Positions 41,341-49,811 of a stretch of DNA of 64,000 nt are shown piece by piece. This stretch comes from an uncultured Lachnospiraceae bacterium (GTDB lineage Bacteria > Bacillota > Clostridia > Lachnospirales > Lachnospiraceae). The stretch is taken from NCBI GenBank assembly GCA_902788555.1, contig CADAKQ010000005.1, forward strand, positions 7,708 to 71,707, written 5' to 3'. The notes beneath the pieces were generated by a model. That model was not told where the DNA came from, made no database searches, and saw nothing but the letters and a program-made list of their open reading frames with translations. A program made the position numbers and the translations under genes. The stretch's first letter is position 1. Each line of letters begins with the position of its first letter.

Positions 41341-41909
41341 TGAAATTTAAATATTTTATAAGAGGACTGGGAATCGGCATAATATTTGGTGCGATAGTTA
41401 TGCTTGTTGCTGCAGGAACCTCGGATAAAGAAAAATTAACAGATGAAGAGATTGTTGAAAGAGCCGAAAAGCTTGGAATGGTCTGGGAGGAAGCAACACA
41501 AACAAATGCCGTGTCGGATGAATCGAAGAATACGGAGTCTGTAGTAATGAATGATACTGAAGAAGCTACGGAAACAGTGACTGATGTGAATACAACAGAA
41601 GAAAAGACTGAGGCTGTTACCAAAGCAACAACGGAGATAGAAACAGAGACAACTGAAAAAACAACAGAAGCTTCAACAGAGAAAAATACATATACAGAGG
41701 CAACGATTACAGTTACAAGAGGAATGAGCTCTACTTCAGTTGCCGAGATGTTAGAGGATGCAGATATAATCGAGGATGCGGAGGATTTTGACAATTATCT
41801 TGTAAAAGAAGGCATATCCAATAAAATTCAGGTAAGTTCATTTAAGCTTAACAGTAATATGACATATGAGGATATAGCAAAAGTAATTACAACGCCTGTG
41901 GAAAACTAA
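41340..41909 (+). CDS. membrane-anchored protein, Thr/Glu linker, YceG/MltG N-terminal-like domain
   Basis: YFIRGLGIGII anchor; ITVTRGMSSTSVAEML..IIEDAEDF..MTYEDIAKVIT. Confidence 0.65.
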   Translation: MKFKYFIRGLGIGIIFGAIVMLVAAGTSDKEKLTDEEIVERAEKLGMVWEEATQTNAVSDESKNTESVVMNDTEEATETVTDVNTTEEKTEAVTKATTEIETETTEKTTEASTEKNTYTEATITVTRGMSSTSVAEMLEDADIIEDAEDFDNYLVKEGISNKIQVSSFKLNSNMTYEDIAKVITTPVEN

Positions 41910-41948
41910 TATGTATCCGTAAAAGAAATATTTACATCTAAGAATAAT

Positions 41949-41976
41949 AAAAAGTGCTTGATAGCACTTTTTTTTT
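41949..41976 (+). terminator. intrinsic terminator ending the flagellar cluster
   Basis: AAAAAGTGCT-TGAT-AGCACTTTTTTTTT. Confidence 0.7.
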
Positions 41977-41986
41977 GTGTTATAAT
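41958..41986 (+). promoter_or_regulatory. sigma-A promoter of rpsB-tsf
   Basis: TTGATA-17 nt-TATAAT with TG extended -10. Confidence 0.75.
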
Positions 41987-42126
41987 GCACTTTGTGTCGG
42001 TCTGAATGTGAAAAGCCGGCAAATAAAAAAACATGTGAGCGAATAAGCAAAGTGGTGCCGCCTAACGCAGCGGTTTTTGCGAATATAATTCGAAACTCAC
42101 AGAAGGTATAACCAAGGAGGTATATT

Positions 42127-42882
42127 ATGAGCGTTATTTCAATGAAACAGTTACTCGAGGCAGGTGTTCATTTTGGACATCAGACAAGAAGATGGAATCC
42201 TAAGATGGCTGAGTATATCTATACTGAGCGTAACGGAATCTATATCATCGACTTACAGAAGTCAGTAGGCAAGGTTGATGAGGCTTACAAGGCAATCTTT
42301 GATTGTGTTGCAGACGGCGGAAAGGTTCTTTTCGTTGGTACTAAGAAGCAGGCTCAGGATTCAATCAAGTCAGAGGCTGAAAGATGTGGTATGTACTACG
42401 TAAACCAGAGATGGTTAGGTGGTATGCTTACTAACTTTAAGACAATTCAGACAAGAATTGCAAAGCTTAGAAAGTATGAGGCTATGGAGGCTGATGGCAC
42501 ATTTGACGTTCTTCCTAAGAAGGAAGTTATCGAGATTAGAAAAGAGATGGATAAGCTCCAGAAGAATCTCGGTGGTATTAAGGATATGAAGGATATTCCT
42601 GATATGATATTTGTTGTTGATCCACGCAAGGAAAAGAACTGTATCCAGGAAGCACATACACTTGGAATTCCTCTTGTAGGTATCGCTGATACAAACTGCG
42701 ATCCTGAAGAGCTTGATTACGTAATTCCGGGTAATGATGATGCTATAAGAGCAGTTAAGCTTATCGTTGCCAAGATGGCTGATGCTGTTATCGAGGCAAA
42801 TCAGGGTGCTGATGAGATGACAGAGGAGGAAGCTGAGTCAGCTGCAGCAGATGCAGAAGAGGAAGCAGCAGAGGAAGCATAA
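42127..42882 (+). CDS. rpsB: 30S ribosomal protein S2
   Basis: [19 protein letters not shown]; [10 protein letters not shown]; PGNDDAIR. Confidence 0.98.
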   Translation: MSVISMKQLLEAGVHFGHQTRRWNPKMAEYIYTERNGIYIIDLQKSVGKVDEAYKAIFDCVADGGKVLFVGTKKQAQDSIKSEAERCGMYYVNQRWLGGMLTNFKTIQTRIAKLRKYEAMEADGTFDVLPKKEVIEIRKEMDKLQKNLGGIKDMKDIPDMIFVVDPRKEKNCIQEAHTLGIPLVGIADTNCDPEELDYVIPGNDDAIRAVKLIVAKMADAVIEANQGADEMTEEEAESAAADAEEEAAEEA

Positions 42883-42973
42883 AAGGTTAATTCATAATAT
42901 TTGATATTTTGTAAATACCTATAAGTGCTATTCAATTTTGATTTATAAGTATTATATTAGGAGGAAATATAAA

Positions 42974-43912
42974 ATGGCTAATATTACAGCAGCTATGGTA
43001 AAAGAGTTAAGAGAAATGTCAGGCGCCGGAATGATGGATTGTAAGAAGGCTCTTACAGAGACTGACGGCGATTTCGATAAGGCTATGGAATTCCTTAGAG
43101 AAAAGGGACTTGCTACTGCACAGAAAAAGGCAGGAAGAATTGCAGCAGAGGGTATAGTTGCAACTACTGTTGTTGATGGTGGTAAGAAGGCAGCAATCGT
43201 TGAGGTTAATGCTGAGACAGACTTTGTTGCTAAGAATGAGGTGTTCCAGAGCTATGTTAAAGAGGTTGTTGACCAGATAGTTAATAGTGATGCAGCAGAT
43301 GTTGAGGCATTTAAGGCTGAGAAATGGGCACTTGATACTTCTATGACAGTTGAAGAAAAGCATGCAGCTATGATAGCTAAAATTGGTGAGAATATGAACA
43401 TCAGAAGATTTGATAAGATTTCTACTGATGGACTTGTTGTTTCATATATTCATGCCGGTGGTAAGATTGGTGTTCTCGTAGAGGCTGCTACTGATGGACA
43501 GGGTGCTGCTATTGAGGAGTGCTTAAAGAACGTAGCTATGCAGGTTGCTGCTATGAGTCCTAAGTACTTAAGCTCAGAGGATGTACCACAGGATTACAAG
43601 GACAATGAAATGAAGATTCTTAAGGAGCAGGCTAAGAATGATCCTAAGAATGCAAATAAGCCTGACAATATTATTGAAAAGATGTTAATGGGACGTCTTA
43701 ACAAGGAGCTTAAGGAGATTTGTCTCTTAGAGCAGGAGTATGTTAAGGCTGAGAATAAGGAAACTGTTGCTAAATATGTTGAGCAGGTTGCTAAGGCTAA
43801 CGGATGCTCACTTGCGGTAAAGAGTTTTGTTCGTTTCGAGACAGGTGAAGGTCTTGAGAAGAAGAATGAAGACTTCGCAGCAGAGGTTGCAGCTCAGATG
43901 GCAGGAAAGTAA
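42974..43912 (+). CDS. tsf: elongation factor Ts
   Basis: VKELREMSGAGMMDCKKAL; EVNAETDFVA. Confidence 0.98.
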   Translation: MANITAAMVKELREMSGAGMMDCKKALTETDGDFDKAMEFLREKGLATAQKKAGRIAAEGIVATTVVDGGKKAAIVEVNAETDFVAKNEVFQSYVKEVVDQIVNSDAADVEAFKAEKWALDTSMTVEEKHAAMIAKIGENMNIRRFDKISTDGLVVSYIHAGGKIGVLVEAATDGQGAAIEECLKNVAMQVAAMSPKYLSSEDVPQDYKDNEMKILKEQAKNDPKNANKPDNIIEKMLMGRLNKELKEICLLEQEYVKAENKETVAKYVEQVAKANGCSLAVKSFVRFETGEGLEKKNEDFAAEVAAQMAGK

Positions 43913-43916
43913 ATTA

Positions 43917-43935
43917 GAGATGCTTTCCGCATCTC
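43917..43935 (+). terminator. short hairpin after tsf
   Basis: GAGATGC-TTTCC-GCATCTC; no clear U tract. Confidence 0.4.
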
Positions 43936-43942
43936 ATATATG

Positions 43943-44172
43943 AGCTGCCTGCCGCAGCATAGTATGGTTTAGCTTTATGAGGCAACTCACCATCAATTTG
44001 CTAAATCAGTAATCTCAAAATTTTAAAATCCGCGTAAAATCGATAAACTCGCTACGCTCAAACATATCGATTTTATAGCGGATTTTTTCATTTTTTCGAT
44101 TCTGATTTAACGCAAATCGGGCTCACGTTGCCTCATAATACTAAACCATACTTTATGCTGCGGCAGGCAGCT
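43943..44172. repeat. 230-bp imperfect palindromic element, copy 1 of an unnamed family
   Basis: 19-bp perfect terminal IR AGCTGCCTGCCGCAGCATA; pairing continues inward to loop AACTCGCTACGCTCAAACA (44046-44064). Confidence 0.9.
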
Positions 44173-44209
44173 TAATATAGCTTATACGGAGTATAAATTT
44201 AAAAAAGTA

Positions 44210-44323
44210 TTACAAAATTTGGTCATCTTCGTTAGGTATATATTGGACTAAGTCGGAGATTTGACAGCTTAATATTCTACACAAATCATTCAATGTTTCC
44301 CAAAACGGAGAGTAATCTATCAT
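44210..44323 (-). pseudogene. internally deleted Cro/C1-type (HTH_26/XRE-like) regulator, 37 aa
   Basis: MIDYSPFWETL|NDLCRILSCQISDLVQYIPNEDDQIL* with AAGAAGGGA RBS; both ends resemble small clostridial XRE proteins and the middle is missing. Confidence 0.65.
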
Positions 44324-44458
44324 ATAAATCCCTTCTTATTTTTTATTTAATAATTAATATAATAGATTTACTCTTTTTACTTGAATATCTTCGCTAAAAC
44401 GAATATAATTATGTATATTCATTTTAACGTAGATATATGTGCGATAAGGAGGATTTTT

Positions 44459-46093
44459 ATGAGATTGAAGAAATTATTATCAGCAACATTGTGTGGAATA
44501 TTTTATTTAAGCAGTATAGGATATGTTATACCTATTAATGCTCAGGAAGATATTTACTATGACAATTGTAATACGTCGGAAGAATTAGAAGAAAAAGATT
44601 TTATTGTTGGTCATGAATCTACAAAAAAAATAAAATCAGAAAATGTTTATTCGGCTGATGGGATTCTTTTGAATGAATTTTGTTATGATATATATGGGAA
44701 TGATACTAAGTATGCTATTTATAATGATGATGGAAGCTTATACTACCAGTATACTTATGAAAATGACTATGATTCCGATGGTAATATTATAAAGAGAGAA
44801 ATCTTTAATACGTATGGAGATTTAACGGCAAGTATAGTATTTGAATATGATTCAAAAGGAAATGAAATAAAGCAAATTAATTTCAAAGAAGATGGCAGTG
44901 GGAATGGATGGACTGATTTTTTGTATGACAATAAGGGAAATAAAATAAAAGAAACAGTTTATAATAAGGATGAAACCATTAGTTATTCAGCTTCATCGGA
45001 ATGGGAATATGATTCTGACGGAAATCTTACTAAAAGCTTAAGCTTTAAGGACGACGGAAGTATTGATTATATGAATTCTAAGGGATATGAATATGATTCA
45101 AAAGGAAATATGATAAAGTCGTTTTGGTATGATTCGGATGGAACAAACAACGGTGCTTATCATATATTTGAATATGATTCATATGGTAATCTGATAAAGG
45201 ATACATGGTATAGTAAGGATGACAGCATATTTTCATATACGGAATTTGAATATGATTCAAAGGGAAATGAAGTAAAGTCAAAAACATATAATTCTGACGG
45301 AAGCTTGGATTGGTGGATTGAATATGAGTATGATTCATATGGTAATAAGACAAAGTCCACACAATATAATTCTGACGGAAGTGTTACGACAAATGAAAAT
45401 AAATATGAATATGATTCGGATGGTGACATTATAGCTATAATTTATCCCGATGGAGGTACAATAAAATATGAGTACTATTCATCAAAGGACGACACCAAAT
45501 CTGACAAAGAATCAACTTCAAACCCTGAACCGATAGGCGTCAAATACTCAACCTACGAGTCAAATGACTTCTACAGGGACGAAGCAGGAGACACCCGCTG
45601 CTATGATTCAACCGGAGCACCTGTCATCAATGAATTCAAGTGTGACGGCACATACACCTACTACTTCCAGCTTGACGGAACTGCCATGAAGGATAGGCTT
45701 TCCTATCACCCTGACGGCGTTCATGTTATATACTTTGATGCAGAGGGACATGAGGTGTTCTCAGACTTTGCAAATGTTAAAAAGACCATAGCAGGCGAGG
45801 ATGTAAATGATTTTTGCTTCTTCAATGTGTTCGGCTATATGTACGTAGATGTAATAACCTATGACAAAGACGGAAAAAATCTTTACTATGCAAACCCATA
45901 TGGTGTTATGGAAATGGGTAAGTGGTTCCAATTCTCAGATTCAGTTGAGTGGGCAGACGGAACACCTGCAGACGGAATAGCAGGAGGCTATGGCTATGCA
46001 AACGAGAACGGAACACTTCTTACCAACACCCAGACATTTGATTGGGAGAGCAGAAGCTGTTATTTACAAGGTAACGGTGTAGCGGCATACTAA
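44459..46093 (+). CDS. secreted YD-repeat protein with C-terminal cell-wall-binding-like module
   Basis: AAGGAGG RBS before ATG 44459; signal-peptide-like N-terminus; about 11 EYDSxGN repeats; C-terminal module shared with the next gene. Confidence 0.85.
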   Translation: MRLKKLLSATLCGIFYLSSIGYVIPINAQEDIYYDNCNTSEELEEKDFIVGHESTKKIKSENVYSADGILLNEFCYDIYGNDTKYAIYNDDGSLYYQYTYENDYDSDGNIIKREIFNTYGDLTASIVFEYDSKGNEIKQINFKEDGSGNGWTDFLYDNKGNKIKETVYNKDETISYSASSEWEYDSDGNLTKSLSFKDDGSIDYMNSKGYEYDSKGNMIKSFWYDSDGTNNGAYHIFEYDSYGNLIKDTWYSKDDSIFSYTEFEYDSKGNEVKSKTYNSDGSLDWWIEYEYDSYGNKTKSTQYNSDGSVTTNENKYEYDSDGDIIAIIYPDGGTIKYEYYSSKDDTKSDKESTSNPEPIGVKYSTYESNDFYRDEAGDTRCYDSTGAPVINEFKCDGTYTYYFQLDGTAMKDRLSYHPDGVHVIYFDAEGHEVFSDFANVKKTIAGEDVNDFCFFNVFGYMYVDVITYDKDGKNLYYANPYGVMEMGKWFQFSDSVEWADGTPADGIAGGYGYANENGTLLTNTQTFDWESRSCYLQGNGVAAY

Positions 46094-46223
46094 AAAAGTC
46101 TTTTTACGATAAGATATATGTGGTTATGGACATAAACGCCTCTTTTGTGTTATTATTAATAGCGATTAAAAACTGATGTAATTTAATTAAAGCTATAAAT
46201 TATTAGATTGTAGGAGGGGTAAT

Positions 46224-47861
46224 ATGGCAAATTTATCAATTAAAAAGGTTCTTAAAAAGACAAAGGCATTGGTGCTTGCGGCAGCTATTACCTTTGGCAC
46301 AGTTACAGTAGCGACAAAGCCGATTGATGTAAATGCGGCTTTTGAGGCAAAGCATTATGATATAAGAGAGGATGGCGGAAGCTGGGACGGAACAAATTAT
46401 AAGCTTGACGGAGAAGTGGTCAGGGATGCGTTCTTTTGTGACGGAACCTATACTTATTTTTTACAGGCGGATGGTACTCCGATGACAGACAGACTTACAT
46501 ATCATCCGGATGGAGTGCATGTTATATATTTTGACGATAAGGGACATGAGGTGTTCAGTAATTTTTCTCATGTAAAAAAGAGCATTTCAGGAGATGCTGT
46601 GGATGATTTGTGCTTCTTTGATGTTTACGGATATATGTATGTTAATTTCCTGACCTTTAACCAGGATGGCTCGGCACTTTATTATGCAAATCCTTACGGT
46701 GTTATGGAGTGTAACGGATGGTTTCAGTTTGCAGAGGATGCGGGATATGTAGCGGAAGCATTTTGTATAACCGAGGGCACATGGGGATATGCGTATTCGA
46801 ACGGAAAGGTTGATCCTAAGAGTATTGGCGATGAATCTGTTAAAAATTCCTTTGTTCCTTCATCGGACGGTAATGTTTCCGAAAAGACAGACTCTCCGGA
46901 TATAAGTAATGAAATTAAAACAGAGCCTTCATTTGATACAGCTTGGAAGAAGGCATATAATGATAAGCTTACATATCTTGAAGCTAATAAAGAATCTTTT
47001 GACAAAGGCGGTTCTCCGGCTCCGGTTTATTCATATTTTATATATGACATAGATAACGATATTACTCCTGAGCTCTTTGTACGTTTTGGAACCTGTGAGG
47101 CTGACTTCTTTTTAAAGGCATACAAGTATCAGGATTCAAAGGTTATAGAGATAGGAAAAACATTTTGTGGTCATACGTCTTTTTATGCCATACCTGATAA
47201 AGGTATGATATCTTATTGGGCACACATGGGTTATTCATCTGTTTCAAAAACTGTGATTACAGAAAGCGGTTTTGAATCAACTTTCCTTGGTGAAGAAGAT
47301 ATAAACAATCAACCTGAAGTTGACTATAAAGATGCTTCAGACTATATATCCGGTGCTGAATACCTTAATGAATACAAGCTTCAAACCAGACTACCTATAT
47401 CGGGATATGATGTTCATATAATTACTTCAACCGGCGAGGATGAAGAAACAGTTAAAAGAAAGCTTGCTGATACTGTGATAGATAATGGCAAGGTTCACTT
47501 TATAAAAGCAGATTATTATGACGGTGAATTTGATAACGGATTTGTAAATATAAACGAACTTGGCAAAAAAGGTGTTTTAAGCAGCTATACTTCATACATT
47601 CTTAAAGACTATGTTTGGGAAGATGTAAATGATGACGGACAGGTTGAATGTGTTTTGGTTTATAAGGAAGATGGTACCGATTCAAGTACCTGCAATTTAG
47701 TTGTATTAAGTCTTCAGGATGATGTTGTTTATGCATATGAGCTTATTTATCTTACAGATGATTTTAAGATAGCAAATACAGTTATAACATATGATAACGG
47801 ATATTATAAAAAAAGAATCACCTTCTATAAAAACGATGCATATATAGATTATATTTATTAA
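46224..47861 (+). CDS. secreted protein with N-terminal cell-wall-binding-like module and unknown C-terminal domain
   Basis: Signal peptide ending VNA; CDGTYTY..YHPDGVHVIYFD..YYANPYGVME module; DIDNDITPEL and DVNDDGQVE loops. Confidence 0.85.
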   Translation: MANLSIKKVLKKTKALVLAAAITFGTVTVATKPIDVNAAFEAKHYDIREDGGSWDGTNYKLDGEVVRDAFFCDGTYTYFLQADGTPMTDRLTYHPDGVHVIYFDDKGHEVFSNFSHVKKSISGDAVDDLCFFDVYGYMYVNFLTFNQDGSALYYANPYGVMECNGWFQFAEDAGYVAEAFCITEGTWGYAYSNGKVDPKSIGDESVKNSFVPSSDGNVSEKTDSPDISNEIKTEPSFDTAWKKAYNDKLTYLEANKESFDKGGSPAPVYSYFIYDIDNDITPELFVRFGTCEADFFLKAYKYQDSKVIEIGKTFCGHTSFYAIPDKGMISYWAHMGYSSVSKTVITESGFESTFLGEEDINNQPEVDYKDASDYISGAEYLNEYKLQTRLPISGYDVHIITSTGEDEETVKRKLADTVIDNGKVHFIKADYYDGEFDNGFVNINELGKKGVLSSYTSYILKDYVWEDVNDDGQVECVLVYKEDGTDSSTCNLVVLSLQDDVVYAYELIYLTDDFKIANTVITYDNGYYKKRITFYKNDAYIDYIY

Positions 47862-47954
47862 AATAATTTTTTAATAATGTGAATTTTAAACATAATATTT
47901 AAAAGAAATTAATAAACTTATATTTGGAAATATATTGCTTAAAAGAGGTTAGTT

Positions 47955-49694
47955 ATGCGTAAATTTTTAAAGAATATTACAGCAGCTGTTATAATTGGAA
48001 TTTTAATGCTTAATGTTTTTCCGTATAATGTAGGTTTGTTTTCCGGTTTATATAAAGTCCTTGGCATAGATGAGACTTCCTTCGTCTGTGCCGAGGAGTT
48101 TTTTGTTGTAAAGGATAAACGTGCATGCTGGGTTTCTTTTCTTGATCTGGAAGAGTATCTTGTTGATTTGGATGAGAATTCTTATAGGGCAGAGCTTGAT
48201 AAAATGTATGATACGATTCTTGCCAATAATATGAATACAATTATCTTTCATGTAAGACCGATGTGTGATGCCGTTTATCCGTCGGACTTTTTTCCGTGGA
48301 GTACCTGTATTCGTACAGACAGAAGCGCTCCTCCTTATGACCCGCTTTATATAGCCTTGACAATGGCTCATGAAAAAGGGCTTAGCTTTGAGGCATGGAT
48401 TAATCCCTACAGGGTTTCAAGGAATTACGAAACGACATTGTCCTATCAAAATACGGAATATTATGATTTATATAAGGATTTGATAGTTGAATACAATAAT
48501 TATGACGGAGAGCTTTGCCTTAGTCTTGACCCGGCAAAAAAGGAAAGCGTAGAGCTTATATGTAACGGTGTTGCCGAGATAGTCGAAAATTATGATGTGG
48601 ACGGCATACATTTTGACGATTATTTTTATGTGGACGGTTTGTATGATGAGCTTTCTGTTTCTGAAAAGATGTCAAATGTCAATTATATGATTTCATCTGT
48701 TTATGAAACCATAAAAAATATTAATCCGGAATGTGAATTCGGTATAAGTCCGTCAGGCAATATGGACAATGCAAGAGATGACGGAGCGGATATCGATACA
48801 TGGCTTTCTTCTGATGGTTATATAGATTACATTATGCCGCAGCTTTACTGGGCGGATGATTATGTAACCACGGACAATGAGGCTGTAAATTTGTTTTCGG
48901 AAAGATGTGATGCCTGGCAAAATATTAACATACTTGACAAGCCGATATATGCCGGTCTGGCACTTTATAAGGTTGGCGTGTCCTCATCAAGTGATGTAGG
49001 ATGGACATTATATGATGATAATCTCTTAAGACAATGCCAAAAGCTTTATGAGACGGGATATGACGGTTTTGCTATGTTTCGTTATGCTAATCTTTGCTAT
49101 TCGAATACCAACGCAGAGCTTGATAATCTTAACTCGTATGTTGAAACCATAAGCTTTATTGCCGACGATACGGGCAATGATATGACCGATGACAATGAGG
49201 ATATTGAAACCATAGCATATAATGAAGTAAAGGATGATTCGTTTGCTTTGGTTTTTAAGGATATTATAATAGATTCCGAAAATCCGGATATTCTATATGT
49301 TACATACATGAAAGGCTTTGGAATAGGAAGCCTTGCTATAGATGGAAGGCTGTCGGTTATGGACGGAATCGGAAAGGGCATGGATGCAGTCGGAATATCC
49401 TTAAATGTTTCTGATTTCAATGAAGGAATAGAATACAGAGTTCATATATGCGGAGGAGACTGGACATCCTGGGCAAGAGATGGTGAGATATCAAAAGGAA
49501 TAGGCAGTAATGGTATAATTGACGGTATACAGATAAGACTTTACGGACAGATTAAGGACGTATATGATGTATTTTACAGAGTAGGATATGGCGGTGATTT
49601 GTTCTCTGAATGGTATATGGATGGTGAAATAGCCGGAAATATAGGTATGAATACTTATCTTGACAGTCTGGAAATTAAACTTGAGACAAAATAA
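47955..49694 (+). CDS. GHL10 (DUF187) glycoside hydrolase-like protein with degenerate ChW-like C-terminus
   Basis: HVRPMCDAVYPS, YDPL, FEAWINPYR, YDVDGIHFDDYFY, DYIMPQLY; C-terminal IEYRVH..W..W..DG repeats. Confidence 0.8.
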   Translation: MRKFLKNITAAVIIGILMLNVFPYNVGLFSGLYKVLGIDETSFVCAEEFFVVKDKRACWVSFLDLEEYLVDLDENSYRAELDKMYDTILANNMNTIIFHVRPMCDAVYPSDFFPWSTCIRTDRSAPPYDPLYIALTMAHEKGLSFEAWINPYRVSRNYETTLSYQNTEYYDLYKDLIVEYNNYDGELCLSLDPAKKESVELICNGVAEIVENYDVDGIHFDDYFYVDGLYDELSVSEKMSNVNYMISSVYETIKNINPECEFGISPSGNMDNARDDGADIDTWLSSDGYIDYIMPQLYWADDYVTTDNEAVNLFSERCDAWQNINILDKPIYAGLALYKVGVSSSSDVGWTLYDDNLLRQCQKLYETGYDGFAMFRYANLCYSNTNAELDNLNSYVETISFIADDTGNDMTDDNEDIETIAYNEVKDDSFALVFKDIIIDSENPDILYVTYMKGFGIGSLAIDGRLSVMDGIGKGMDAVGISLNVSDFNEGIEYRVHICGGDWTSWARDGEISKGIGSNGIIDGIQIRLYGQIKDVYDVFYRVGYGGDLFSEWYMDGEIAGNIGMNTYLDSLEIKLETK

Positions 49695-49697
49695 AGC

Positions 49698-49725
49698 TTG
49701 CATTTATGCAAAAAAGTGGTATAAT
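49698..49725 (+). promoter_or_regulatory. sigma-A promoter of the rimP operon
   Basis: TTGCAT-16 nt-TATAAT with TG extended -10. Confidence 0.6.
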
Positions 49726-49752
49726 AACTATGACTAAGATATTTAGGACTTT

Positions 49753-49788
49753 AAGAGTGGGTTTACAAAAACCCACTCTTTACTTTTT
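49753..49788 (+). promoter_or_regulatory. rimP leader attenuator hairpin
   Basis: AAGAGTGGGTTT..AAACCCACTCTT plus T-rich tail; a GAGTGGG/CCCACTC hairpin is typical of Firmicute rimP-nusA leaders. Confidence 0.7.
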
Positions 49789-49811
49789 AAATGTTTGAAA
49801 GGTGGAGTGGG

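Noticed and set aside
43943-44172. Hairpin element as an integron attC site or a classical MITE
   Set aside because: No RYYYAAC/GTTRRRY ends, no integrase, no shared terminal repeats between the two copies and no evident target duplication; kept only as an analogy.
44677-45480. GAATATGATTC repeats as a CRISPR array or an RHS toxin
   Set aside because: They are in-frame degenerate YD codons; there are no cas genes, RHS core motif or toxin-immunity pair.
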